From an uncultured Pseudobdellovibrionaceae bacterium (lineage in GTDB: Bacteria; Bdellovibrionota; Bdellovibrionia; Bdellovibrionales; UBA1609), in the NCBI GenBank assembly GCA_963803705.1, contig CAWDNU010000001.1, forward strand, positions 448,001-512,000: a stretch of 64,000 nt of DNA. Reading direction: 5' to 3'. The translations under genes and the position numbers were made by a program. Below are positions 29,978 to 39,295 of this stretch, piece after piece. How positions within the stretch are numbered: position 1 is the stretch's first letter; every line of letters begins with the position of its first letter. The notes under the pieces are model-generated. The model worked only from the letters and a program-made list of their open reading frames with translations, ran no database searches and was not told the DNA's origin.

Positions 29978-30895
29978 TTAGTAAATCTCCTTCGCTGCTT
30001 TTTTAAGTCGATTCAGAATTGCAGACCAATTTGGATCATCAGCATCTTTATCCCACTCAATAATTAGAACATCAAAATTTTTCGAATTTTCAATTAGATT
30101 TTTATACAGAAACCGTGAAGCTATCTGAGGGTCAGGATTTAATTTTATCTCTTTGAATCTGGTGTCTTGAAACAAATTATAATCAATTTTACAGGATTGA
30201 AAAAGATGAAGAGGAGCATTTGGCTGATAGTGATCTTTCATGGAGCCTGGACCAGATAGGTCAAAGTTTTCAACAACTTCAAAAATTAGGCCTTGAGCTT
30301 TCAGAAACTTTCTCAGCTCGGCACAAGATATTTGACCAGGACGAAGCACTTCTAATTTTTTATTACTTATTCTAACAATCGTGGACTCTAAACCCACTTT
30401 GCAGGGCCCGCCGTCAACAATATCTAGATAAGGAAAATATGTTCTTACGTGGATCGCATCTGTTGGACTTGTCTTTTTAAATGGGTTAGCGCTGGGGGCT
30501 GCAATAGGAACTTTGATTATAGTAATAATATCTTGAAGGACAGGGTGATCCGCCCATCTTATGGCCACCGTATCAGCACCAGCGGTGACTAGATCAGAAA
30601 CAGAGTTAGGGTTCTTTTGAAAAACGATTGTCAGAGGACCTGGCCAAAATTTTTTAGCTAACGCTAGCAACAATGGGTCTGGCTTTGAAATATAATTATT
30701 TATCATTTCAATAGAATTGACATGGACGATCAACGGATCAAATAAAGGACGATCTTTTGTTTCAAAAACTTTTTTTAAACCGATTTCACTGTTAATTTTC
30801 GCAGCTAAACCATAAACAGTTTCAGTTGGTACTGCAACAACTCCACCGGCATTGAGAACATCAGTGGCTTGGTGGGTAGTTATAAAATCTTTCAT
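29978..30895 (-). CDS. tsaC: L-threonylcarbamoyladenylate synthase, Sua5 type
   Basis: PTETVYGLAA, KDRP..DPLIVH, WPGPLT, APSAN; C-terminal SUA5 domain. Confidence 0.92.
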   Translation of the reverse strand: MKDFITTHQATDVLNAGGVVAVPTETVYGLAAKINSEIGLKKVFETKDRPLFDPLIVHVNSIEMINNYISKPDPLLLALAKKFWPGPLTIVFQKNPNSVSDLVTAGADTVAIRWADHPVLQDIITIIKVPIAAPSANPFKKTSPTDAIHVRTYFPYLDIVDGGPCKVGLESTIVRISNKKLEVLRPGQISCAELRKFLKAQGLIFEVVENFDLSGPGSMKDHYQPNAPLHLFQSCKIDYNLFQDTRFKEIKLNPDPQIASRFLYKNLIENSKNFDVLIIEWDKDADDPNWSAILNRLKKAAKEIY

Positions 30896-30957
30896 TGCTC
30901 TGCCTTGATCTGCACAGTGGGTGACAGAAGGGGAGTTATATATGTAAAGTTAAGCTT

Positions 30958-31437
30958 ATGAAAGTTTTATTTGTTTGTTTAGGAAATATTTGCAGGTCAC
31001 CTACTGCTGAAGCGGTTCTTAAATTTAAAATTGCAGAGAAAGACATGGGTGATTTAGTTCAGTGTGATTCTGCTGGGACCTCTGCATTCCACGAAGGGTC
31101 TAAAGCAGATATTAGGTCCTCTAATCACGCCAAACTAAGGGGATACAACTTAACAAGTGTATCTAGACAGTTACAAACTGATGATTTTTTTGAGTACGAT
31201 CTAATATTTACAATGGATGATTCTAATTTTGATAATGTTCGTGAGCTTGGTGATTCGATCAAAGCCGATCTTTCAAAAGTTAAAAAGTTAACAGATTTTT
31301 GCGTTAAGCATGAAATAAACCATGTGCCCGATCCCTACAAGATGGGTGACGAAGGGTTCGAACAAGTTTTGGATATTATAGAAGATGCTTGTGAACAGAT
31401 CCTGAAAACAGTGATATTGCCAAACTTTAAAAATTAA
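30958..31437 (+). CDS. Low-molecular-weight protein-tyrosine phosphatase
   Basis: VCLGNICRSPTAE and VPDPY. Confidence 0.95.
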   Translation: MKVLFVCLGNICRSPTAEAVLKFKIAEKDMGDLVQCDSAGTSAFHEGSKADIRSSNHAKLRGYNLTSVSRQLQTDDFFEYDLIFTMDDSNFDNVRELGDSIKADLSKVKKLTDFCVKHEINHVPDPYKMGDEGFEQVLDIIEDACEQILKTVILPNFKN

Positions 31438-31602
31438 TTGTTACATTTTATGTTCAAATAGATATACATCTTAATAGGCTCAAACAAGCATTGGCATTTG
31501 ACCTGCAAAATAAGGCAGGCCTTCATGCCAAAGAACTCGCTATTAAGATGTATATCTATTTGAACATAAAATGTAACAATTAATTTTTAAAGTTTAGCGA
31601 TA
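31415..31602. repeat. Long inverted repeat (63 bp arms, 61/63 match, 56 bp perfect) around a conserved structured core; family 1, copy 2
   Basis: 31415-31477 is the reverse complement of 31540-31602; core 31479-31539 is shared with 19205-19261. Confidence 0.95.
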
Positions 31603-32397
31603 CTATTTTTGACAATTTGGACAGTAGTAAGTCGATCTGCCCGCGATTGTTTTATTTAAGATTAATGTTTTGCAATCAAAACAAGGTTTACCAGCTCTAG
31701 CGTAAACTCGCCAGAAGATTTGCATTCCGCCAGATTTGCCATCAACATTTTTATAATCTTTCAATGTGCTGCCTTTTAAGGTGATTGCTTGATTTAAAAC
31801 TTTAGTAATTTCAGTAAAAATTTTTATCCAATGACTTAGCTTTAGTCTATTGACGACCTTAGATGGTTTGAGGCCAGCTCTAAACAAGATCTCTGAAGCA
31901 TAAATATTGCCTATTCCAAGAATATTGTTCTGGTTCATTAAAAAGTTTTTGATATTGGTTTTTGAGTGCTTATGTTTTCGAAAAAAATCAGAAACATCAA
32001 TTCGATCTTCGATTGGATCGGGACCAAACTTTTCAAAAATTTTTGATGTATAATCCAAAATATAGCCAAAGCGTCTTGGATCGTTATAAATCAGTTTCTT
32101 GTCAGTCCAGGAAAATACTAAATGGTCGTGTTTTACAGGCTTGTATTCACTTTCAAAACGCCAGTGTCCGGTCATACCCAAGTGGGATATAAAGCTTAGT
32201 CCAGTGGTTTCAAATATTAAAAATTTACCGCGCCTTTTAACAGATATGAAAGACATACTTTCTATCGCCTTCAAAGTTTTGACGGGCATTAGAAATCGCA
32301 GGTCTTTTCTATTAAGTTTAACGTCAATAACTTTGGACTTGGACAAACCTTTTGTAAGTCCTCGCCTGACTGTCTCTACTTCTGGTAATTCGGGCAT
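31603..32397 (-). CDS. mutM: Formamidopyrimidine-DNA glycosylase
   Basis: PELPEVET N-terminus, HLGMTG, GIGNIYASE, C-terminal zinc finger. Confidence 0.96.
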   Translation of the reverse strand: MPELPEVETVRRGLTKGLSKSKVIDVKLNRKDLRFLMPVKTLKAIESMSFISVKRRGKFLIFETTGLSFISHLGMTGHWRFESEYKPVKHDHLVFSWTDKKLIYNDPRRFGYILDYTSKIFEKFGPDPIEDRIDVSDFFRKHKHSKTNIKNFLMNQNNILGIGNIYASEILFRAGLKPSKVVNRLKLSHWIKIFTEITKVLNQAITLKGSTLKDYKNVDGKSGGMQIFWRVYARAGKPCFDCKTLILNKTIAGRSTYYCPNCQK

Positions 32398-32485
32398 AAG
32401 TTCAATCCAGGTATAAGATCAACTTCTAGCTCTTTTAAGCAAACTAGTCAGGTAGTTTATTAGCACTGACCATTAGATATATGAT

Positions 32486-32707
32486 TTAATCTTCAAACAG
32501 ATGATACTGCTGATCTAAAGAATCAAAATATAATTTAACGTTTTTTCCGTTTCTACTTTGAACTCGGATTATATTACGCCCTCTGGTAGAATCCCATGGG
32601 TCAAAGGCTGAATTATCAAAGCCAGAATTAGACCTTTGATTAGAAGAGTCTTCATAAAAAAGATCAATCTGATCGTAGTTATAGGCTTGAATTTTATTTT
32701 TATTCAT
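32486..32707 (-). CDS. Small hypothetical protein downstream of lexA
   Basis: 73 aa ORF with strong GAGGAG RBS, 18 bp after the lexA stop. Confidence 0.6.
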   Translation of the reverse strand: MNKNKIQAYNYDQIDLFYEDSSNQRSNSGFDNSAFDPWDSTRGRNIIRVQSRNGKNVKLYFDSLDQQYHLFED

Positions 32708-32725
32708 AAATCTCCTCTTTGTTTT

Positions 32726-33376
32726 TTAAGATCTCGAGTAAGTTCGAATTAGACCGACTACTAATCCTTGTAAAGTAATTTGATGAGGCTCATACCACAT
32801 TGATTCCATCTCTGAATTAGCAGGTCGAAGTTCAACTTGACCTTTTTTATAAAAAATACGCTTAACAGTGGCAGACTCGTCGTCTGTCGAAATGACTGCA
32901 AGACTGCCATCGGGCGCAAAGGATCTTTTTTCGATAATAACAAGATCCCCACTGTTGATGCCTTCGTCGATCATAGATTCACCTTCCACTCTAAGCACAA
33001 AGCTTTCTTTTGGCTTGTGAACTAAGTTCATTGGAACTTCGACCCATTGATCAAAGTTTTTTTCTTCCAAAGGGAGGCCGGCCGCCACCTTCCCAAGCAA
33101 AGGAAGAGTGACGGCTACGGAGGGTTTCTCCATCAGATCTGCGAGATAATCTGATGAAGTCTTCAAAAGTTTTAGTGATCTTTTTTCGTTAGCTTGGCCT
33201 TTTTTTACGTAGCCTTTTAGTTCCAACTGCTGAATGTAGCGCTGGACAGAATTGATACTTGCAAATCCAAAATTATTTTGGATCTCTGTAAAAGTTGGCG
33301 AAATACCATGATTTTTAACATAGGACTCAATATATTCTAGAGTCGCTTTTTCTTTCGAGGTGAGTGATCTGGCCAT
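32726..33376 (-). CDS. lexA: SOS repressor LexA
   Basis: N-terminal wHTH (SPTFTEI), VAAG cleavage site, GESM serine, TVKR lysine. Confidence 0.95.
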   Translation of the reverse strand: MARSLTSKEKATLEYIESYVKNHGISPTFTEIQNNFGFASINSVQRYIQQLELKGYVKKGQANEKRSLKLLKTSSDYLADLMEKPSVAVTLPLLGKVAAGLPLEEKNFDQWVEVPMNLVHKPKESFVLRVEGESMIDEGINSGDLVIIEKRSFAPDGSLAVISTDDESATVKRIFYKKGQVELRPANSEMESMWYEPHQITLQGLVVGLIRTYSRS

Positions 33377-33408
33377 CCTTAAAGTCCTTTTTTCTTAAAT
33401 TCATTATG

Positions 33409-33448
33409 TGTAAGTTTGATTGGTATATATGTAAGTTATATGTAAGTT
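33409..33448. promoter_or_regulatory. Three TGTAAGTT direct repeats upstream of lexA, candidate operator
   Basis: Copies start at 33409, 33430 and 33441. Confidence 0.5.
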
Positions 33449-33681
33449 TAGAAATTGGGAAGAACTTTCTGACATGGGTAACACTTTGGGCCAGGGACAT
33501 AGGTAATTGCTATAATTCAGGGTTTTTGAGGAACCGGTGCCTTGGAAGGGTGTTTAAGCAAAGTGCCAGCTCGATTGTTTTACTTAGTGTAATACATAAG
33601 TAGCGATCCGCTGATTTCAGGATCTGAATTGATATCAACTCTTTGAAAGGATCCTGTAAGTTGTAAGCTTGTTGAAAGAGT

Positions 33682-33990
33682 TTATGCACCAGTATTTGTT
33701 TCGCAGGCGTTTCTAGCTGGCCCAGCATTTACCTTATCAATGCAATCATAAATACTAACAAAGCTTTGTTTGAAATCTGAAGCCAAAAAACTACCGATAC
33801 TTTCAAAGATTTGCTCTCCTATACCCAGAGAAGACATATCCACTGTTGTTTGAAGGTGGAGAGGTCCCACGGTCATTACAGCTTTCTTACACTCACTGAC
33901 TCTACGTGGGGGCAATGGCTGCATAACATTGAGAATATAAGGAGTAAGTTGGCTCACGTTTGCAAAATTTGTCACATCAAGATTAAGCAT
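33682..33990 (-). CDS. Hypothetical protein or fragment
   Basis: 102 aa ORF only; no family recognised. Confidence 0.3.
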   Translation of the reverse strand: MLNLDVTNFANVSQLTPYILNVMQPLPPRRVSECKKAVMTVGPLHLQTTVDMSSLGIGEQIFESIGSFLASDFKQSFVSIYDCIDKVNAGPARNACETNTGA

Positions 33991-34112
33991 TGAAGCGAAA
34001 GTAATAATTACTTTAGGGCAGCCCTAATTTTTGCACCATGGAAGGAACAACAATTGATCTTCTCTAGAATTTAATGAAGACAAAAAACTAGATAAGTATT
34101 AGGGTCTTTTCC

Positions 34113-34865
34113 ATGAGTCAGGACTTAACTGCGCAAGATCAAATAGACTTATTTAAATCTCAAAATAAAGCTATAAACTTTATTAAAACTTTATTTGGAG
34201 CATCTGAACTATGGTTTAAAAAACTCAGAACTGAGTTCGACAAACCTTACTTCCTAAAATTACAAGATTTTTTGAAAACCGAACGAACCAAAGGTACAAA
34301 AATTTATCCAGATTCAAAGAATTATTTTGAAGCTTTTAGGCTTTGTTCTTTCGACTCGACTAAAGTTATCATCTTGGGTCAAGACCCTTATCATGGACCA
34401 GGTCAAGCCCATGGACTTAGTTTTTCAGTTCCAAAAGGACTAAAAATTCCCCCTTCTTTAGTAAACATTTTTAAAGAGCTTTCCTCTGATTTGAACGTCA
34501 CTATCCCAAAGTCTGGGAACTTATCTAGTTGGGCATCAAGCGGCGTTTTGCTTTTAAACACAGTTTTGACTGTAGAGGCACATAAGCCGGCTTCACATAA
34601 AAATCTAGGTTGGCAGTTATTTACTGACAAAGCTATAAGACTTTTAGTCGAAGATAACCGTCCTAAGGTTTTTATTCTTTGGGGATCTCATGCACAAAAC
34701 AAGAAAAAAACTATAGATTTCAAAAACCATTTAATACTTGAAGCTCCGCACCCATCGCCGTTATCAAGCTACAGAGGTTTTTTTGGCAGTCGGCCATTTT
34801 CAAAAGCCAATGAGTATCTTGTTCAGTCCAATAAAAAACCTATTGATTGGGACTTGGCTGACTGA
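34113..34865 (+). CDS. ung: Uracil-DNA glycosylase
   Basis: GQDPYHGPGQAHGLSFSV, VLLLNTVLTV, HPSPLS. Confidence 0.97.
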   Translation: MSQDLTAQDQIDLFKSQNKAINFIKTLFGASELWFKKLRTEFDKPYFLKLQDFLKTERTKGTKIYPDSKNYFEAFRLCSFDSTKVIILGQDPYHGPGQAHGLSFSVPKGLKIPPSLVNIFKELSSDLNVTIPKSGNLSSWASSGVLLLNTVLTVEAHKPASHKNLGWQLFTDKAIRLLVEDNRPKVFILWGSHAQNKKKTIDFKNHLILEAPHPSPLSSYRGFFGSRPFSKANEYLVQSNKKPIDWDLAD

Positions 34866-34918
34866 AATTAAAAAGGACTACTCGCAAGCGCTGAATCAAT
34901 CTATAGTAGCATCTAAGC

Positions 34919-35947
34919 ATGATAAAGAAATTCTTAGGTCCATTCAAAGAAAAAATTCTTATTGTTGATCACCTTAAGCCTAGCCTTTTTGAATCAAAAC
35001 ACAGTTTGCTTTTTATTGATGAAAATTTAAAGAATTTTGACGAGATCAAAAGATTGAAAGCAAAACATCAGATCTTCTGGTTAAAAGCCGGGGAAGATCT
35101 AAAGTCAATCGACGCTTTGAAATCTGTATTATCCTCTATTGAACCTTCATTGAATAAGCTTCAACCTCCTTACTGCTTTGTTGCCATTGGCGGAGGAAGT
35201 CTTGGCGATTTTTGCGGATTTTTAGCAAGCGTCTACCACAGAGGTGTGGATTTTGTTCAGTGTCCAAGCACGTGGCTTGCCGCTATAGATTCGTCTCATG
35301 GCGGGAAGACGGCTTTAAATGTCTTGAATTTCAAAAATCAGATCGGAACATTTTATCCAGCAAAACAGATTATCGTTTCGAAATCCTTATTGGCTAACCA
35401 AAGCCCTTCTGAAGCTATGGGCGAAATCACGAAAACTATTTTATTATCTAGCCAAAACTCAAAGTTAAGAAATTTTGTAAAAAAAGCTTGGCAGACTGAT
35501 ACTGATAATGTCTGGGCGTCTATTACGGATTTTATTAAAGTTAAAAATTCTTACGTTAAAAAAGACCCCACAGAAACAAAAAAAGAACGCTTTAAATTGA
35601 ACTTGGGTCACACTGTGGGCCATGCTTTAGAAAAGGTATATGGCTTATCTCACTCAGAAGCCGTTCTTAGAGGAGTGATTTTTGCTGTCACCTGGAGCGT
35701 TAAAAAAAAATACTCACACAGCAGAATTTTGCAGGTGCTTATACATTTTATAGAGGCCAACCATTTTTTTCTTAAATCTTTGCCCCAAAAACCCATGGCT
35801 ATTTTTGAACAAGCATTGTTGAAGGATAAAAAAAGAGCAGGCCAAGATATTAATTTTGTCTTTTTAAAGAACTTTAAAGCCGTGGTAAAAAAAGTTAAAG
35901 TGAATGATATAATCAAAGAGATGAAAAATCAGGACCTAATTAAATAA
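34919..35947 (+). CDS. aroB: 3-dehydroquinate synthase
   Basis: GGGSLGDFCGF, DSSHGGKTALN, KNQIGTF, NLGHTVGHALE, HSEAV. Confidence 0.9.
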   Translation: MIKKFLGPFKEKILIVDHLKPSLFESKHSLLFIDENLKNFDEIKRLKAKHQIFWLKAGEDLKSIDALKSVLSSIEPSLNKLQPPYCFVAIGGGSLGDFCGFLASVYHRGVDFVQCPSTWLAAIDSSHGGKTALNVLNFKNQIGTFYPAKQIIVSKSLLANQSPSEAMGEITKTILLSSQNSKLRNFVKKAWQTDTDNVWASITDFIKVKNSYVKKDPTETKKERFKLNLGHTVGHALEKVYGLSHSEAVLRGVIFAVTWSVKKKYSHSRILQVLIHFIEANHFFLKSLPQKPMAIFEQALLKDKKRAGQDINFVFLKNFKAVVKKVKVNDIIKEMKNQDLIK

Positions 35948-37356
35948 TGAACTCAACTGGTGCGTTTCGATACTCGGGTCCTCTAGAAAGCTCGAAGTCT
36001 ATTGTTAACCGAGCATTAATACTGCAGGCCATACATCCATCGCTTGAAATAAAATATTCAAGCCACGCACAAGATGTACTTGACCTGAAAAAAGCGGTTG
36101 AAAATTTTAAAAATTTTCAAAATAAGAAACCTGACACTGACATTACTATTTGTTTTGACGCTGGAAGCGGCGGGACTACTTTTAGGTTTTTCGTGATTTA
36201 CTTGTCAAAATATCTAGGTCGATGGTCTGTCAAATTATCAGAGTCTTTAAAAAAAAGACCCATGGAAGACTTAATACAGCTTTTAGAGCAGCTAGGCTCA
36301 ACTGTGTCGCCATGTTTTCTTATGAACAAAAATACAGATGTTAAAATAAATCAGAATATTGAAATAAAGGATATATCAAAAACAGGTCCATCATTTTTTC
36401 AATTTCAATCAAATTTTTGGAACACTCAAGAGGTATCGGTAGATTTTTCAAAGTCGTCACAATTTTTTTCAGCTTTAGCATTGGCGGCCTCAGACTCAAC
36501 CTCTACCTTTCTAATTAAGTGTCTAAATAGAGATCAAAGTTCGGGTTACGAAAACATAACTCTAGAGCTATTAAAAAAAGTTGGGGTTGATGTAAAAGAT
36601 AACATAGACACAGTAGAGATCCGAAAAAATTCTGACCAACCCGCAGTAGAATTAGATTCAAAACATAGACAGATTTATGAACCAGCCCATAAGTCAATTA
36701 TTGAATCAATTCGTGAACCCAAACGTAAACCCGCTCATATTAAAACGATAGACGTTGGTGCAGATTGGTCTTCCATTATATATCTGCTTAGTTTTTGTTT
36801 TTCAGGATCTACGATTGAAATTACAAATGTCGACCTTGATTCCAAAGAGCCTGATCTAAAGGGTCTTAAATTTTTAAAGGACCTGGGTCTAAATTATAAG
36901 ATAAAAAAATCTAGTTTGTTTTCAGTTTTAAGCTGTGAACCAAGCTGTTTAAAGCCGGATATTCTAAGCTTTAATTTAAAAAAGAATCCTGATCTATTTC
37001 CAGTGATAGTTGTTTTATTAAGCCAGTTGTCGTTGCAATATTCTAAAGAAGTCTTCATAGAGTACCCAGAGCAGCTGATATTTAAAGAATCTGATCGCCT
37101 AAACACCATGGTTTCAGCCTTGAAAAAACTAGGTTTCACCATTAAAGCTAAAGATTCTAAACTATCCCTTATAGCTGGCACATCTGATCAAGAAATAACA
37201 AAAGCAACAGATTATATTCTTGATTCCAAACTGGATCATAGAATTATTATGGCCTACGAGCTGTTAAAATCTTTCGGTTACAAGATAAAGTACGAAAACA
37301 AAAAGGAAGTTCAAAAGAGTTTTTCAAACTTTTTTGCAATTATTAATGGATCCTAA
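35947..37356 (+). CDS. aroA: EPSP synthase, divergent
   Basis: SKSIVNR, GTTFRF, RPM, SSQF, KESDR, DHRI. Confidence 0.85.
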   Translation: MNSTGAFRYSGPLESSKSIVNRALILQAIHPSLEIKYSSHAQDVLDLKKAVENFKNFQNKKPDTDITICFDAGSGGTTFRFFVIYLSKYLGRWSVKLSESLKKRPMEDLIQLLEQLGSTVSPCFLMNKNTDVKINQNIEIKDISKTGPSFFQFQSNFWNTQEVSVDFSKSSQFFSALALAASDSTSTFLIKCLNRDQSSGYENITLELLKKVGVDVKDNIDTVEIRKNSDQPAVELDSKHRQIYEPAHKSIIESIREPKRKPAHIKTIDVGADWSSIIYLLSFCFSGSTIEITNVDLDSKEPDLKGLKFLKDLGLNYKIKKSSLFSVLSCEPSCLKPDILSFNLKKNPDLFPVIVVLLSQLSLQYSKEVFIEYPEQLIFKESDRLNTMVSALKKLGFTIKAKDSKLSLIAGTSDQEITKATDYILDSKLDHRIIMAYELLKSFGYKIKYENKKEVQKSFSNFFAIINGS

Positions 37357-39295
37357 TACTAACAAGTTTCTTATTATAGGGCACAGGGGGGTTGGCAAAA
37401 GTTCAATCATTAAGGACCTGAAAGCAAGCCAGAAGAGCTACCTATGTTACGACTTAGACGAGCAAGTAGAGCTGCGTAGGAAAGTTAAAATTCAAGAACT
37501 TTTTCGAGATGGAAAAATTAAAGAATTTCGAAAATTAGAACACGAAATTTTAAATGAGATAATCTCACAGTTCGAGCAAGATACTTCATCTAAAGAAAAA
37601 AATAGAATTAAATTTAAAAAATTATTTGTTGCACTAGGCGCTGGATTTGAAATAGAGAAACTAAATAAACCAGATGATTCGTCTATCTTATGGGTGCGAC
37701 GCAAAACCGATGAAGCAGGCCGAATATTCTTTGATAGACCAAGCTTGACTGGAAACTTAAATCCGCTGAAAGAGTGGGCCGAAATTTTCTATAAAAGACA
37801 AAAAAAATATTCTGACTTTTCCACAGCACAATTTTACATACCCGAAAACTTAGAATCAGTATTAGAATTCTTTTTAAAGTTTTTAGAACCAAGAAAAATA
37901 AAAACTGGCTACGTGACATATATACCCAATGAAAATGACTTTATCATTCACAGCGGCAGGCACAATATAGAGCTTCGAACTGATCTGGTGCCTTTTGACA
38001 AAATACTAAATATTTTAGGTTCAAAATTAAATAATAATTTTAATATAACTTATATTTTAGCCATTAGGGGTCGCGATCAGGTTGCCAAACTGTTAAAAGC
38101 TTTGAAAACTAAGCTCAATAATCGAAGTACCAAATTGCTAGTTGATTGGGATATGTCGCTGGACTACCCACCTTCAGCTATAGGTAAAATTATAGATATT
38201 TATTCGTCTCATAGCCAAACCCCGGTAGCAGATGTGCTTAATTTTCAGCATCATTTAACTGAAAAATTTAAGTCAAAAAACAAAAAAAAAGTCCACTATA
38301 AACTTTGCCCAAAGGTTGCTAGCCACGAAGCCGCTGTAGAATTGGACTTAGAATTAGAAGACCTTCTGGTCGACTTCAGCTACTCATTTTTGCCTAGGTC
38401 TGAAGTTGGATTTAATCTGTCATACTTTAGACAGCTTAAGTCTTACCGACAAAAAATTGGATTTTACCGATTTGGTGATGGATCTTCATCCGACCAACCC
38501 CTGTGGTTTGAATGGCCAGATCGCAAACCCAAAGGCTTTTATGGCATATACGGCAATAATATTAGTCACAGCTTAACACCGGCTTATCACTTTAAATTTT
38601 TTAAGTCTAAAAGTTTGTGGCCAATTTCGATAGACGGATTTGATCGTTTTTTTGACTATGTGCCTTACTTTAAAAACCTGGACTTAAAGACTTTAGCCGT
38701 CACTTCGCCTTACAAGAAAACAGCTTATCTAAACACAGTCTTTAAAGACAAAGCAAAATTAAAAAAAGAAGTAGATTTTAATCTTAGTTCAGGATCGAGA
38801 GGTACTTTAGGACTGAAAAATCCAAGCCATTTGAAAGATTTTAAATCTGCCAATACTGTTGTTTTAAACATCGAGACCGAGTCTTTTAACACCGACTATA
38901 TGGGGCTTTGCTTATTTTTGAAAAGGTCTTTGACAAAAAACCTACCAATTCTAGTTTGGGGTGGGGGATCGCTCTTGGAACAATTAAAAGATCTGCATCC
39001 ACAAGCATTTTTTTATTCTGCTCGCACAGGCAAACCAAGAGATTCTAGCAGCGAAATCAAAACAACAGCTGGAACAGACATTCAAATAATTTGGGCAAGT
39101 GGTGAAAGGGGTCTAGACCCGTGCGTACTGCAAAATAAAATTAATATCAAAAAAATTATAGATCTAGATTATCGAAAAAATTCCAAGGCTAGGCTTTACA
39201 GCTTTTTAAATTCCATTGACTATACAAGTGGTTACAATTTTTTTACCGAACAAGCGCTACTACAGCAAAAGGTATGGGACACTTATGAGTTTTAA
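37346..39295 (+). CDS. Fusion: shikimate kinase, type I dehydroquinase-like domain, shikimate dehydrogenase (AroK-AroD-AroE)
   Basis: N-terminal GHRGVGKSS, DLD, RPSL; middle IELRTD..SSH..YKL; C-terminal HSLTP, VTSPYK, ANTV, NTDYMG. Confidence 0.8.
   Translation: MDPNTNKFLIIGHRGVGKSSIIKDLKASQKSYLCYDLDEQVELRRKVKIQELFRDGKIKEFRKLEHEILNEIISQFEQDTSSKEKNRIKFKKLFVALGAGFEIEKLNKPDDSSILWVRRKTDEAGRIFFDRPSLTGNLNPLKEWAEIFYKRQKKYSDFSTAQFYIPENLESVLEFFLKFLEPRKIKTGYVTYIPNENDFIIHSGRHNIELRTDLVPFDKILNILGSKLNNNFNITYILAIRGRDQVAKLLKALKTKLNNRSTKLLVDWDMSLDYPPSAIGKIIDIYSSHSQTPVADVLNFQHHLTEKFKSKNKKKVHYKLCPKVASHEAAVELDLELEDLLVDFSYSFLPRSEVGFNLSYFRQLKSYRQKIGFYRFGDGSSSDQPLWFEWPDRKPKGFYGIYGNNISHSLTPAYHFKFFKSKSLWPISIDGFDRFFDYVPYFKNLDLKTLAVTSPYKKTAYLNTVFKDKAKLKKEVDFNLSSGSRGTLGLKNPSHLKDFKSANTVVLNIETESFNTDYMGLCLFLKRSLTKNLPILVWGGGSLLEQLKDLHPQAFFYSARTGKPRDSSSEIKTTAGTDIQIIWASGERGLDPCVLQNKINIKKIIDLDYRKNSKARLYSFLNSIDYTSGYNFFTEQALLQQKVWDTYEF

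Noticed and set aside
33510..33728. 72 aa minus-strand ORF (and overlapping + ORFs)
   Set aside because: No RBS or recognisable motif; cannot be supported as a gene
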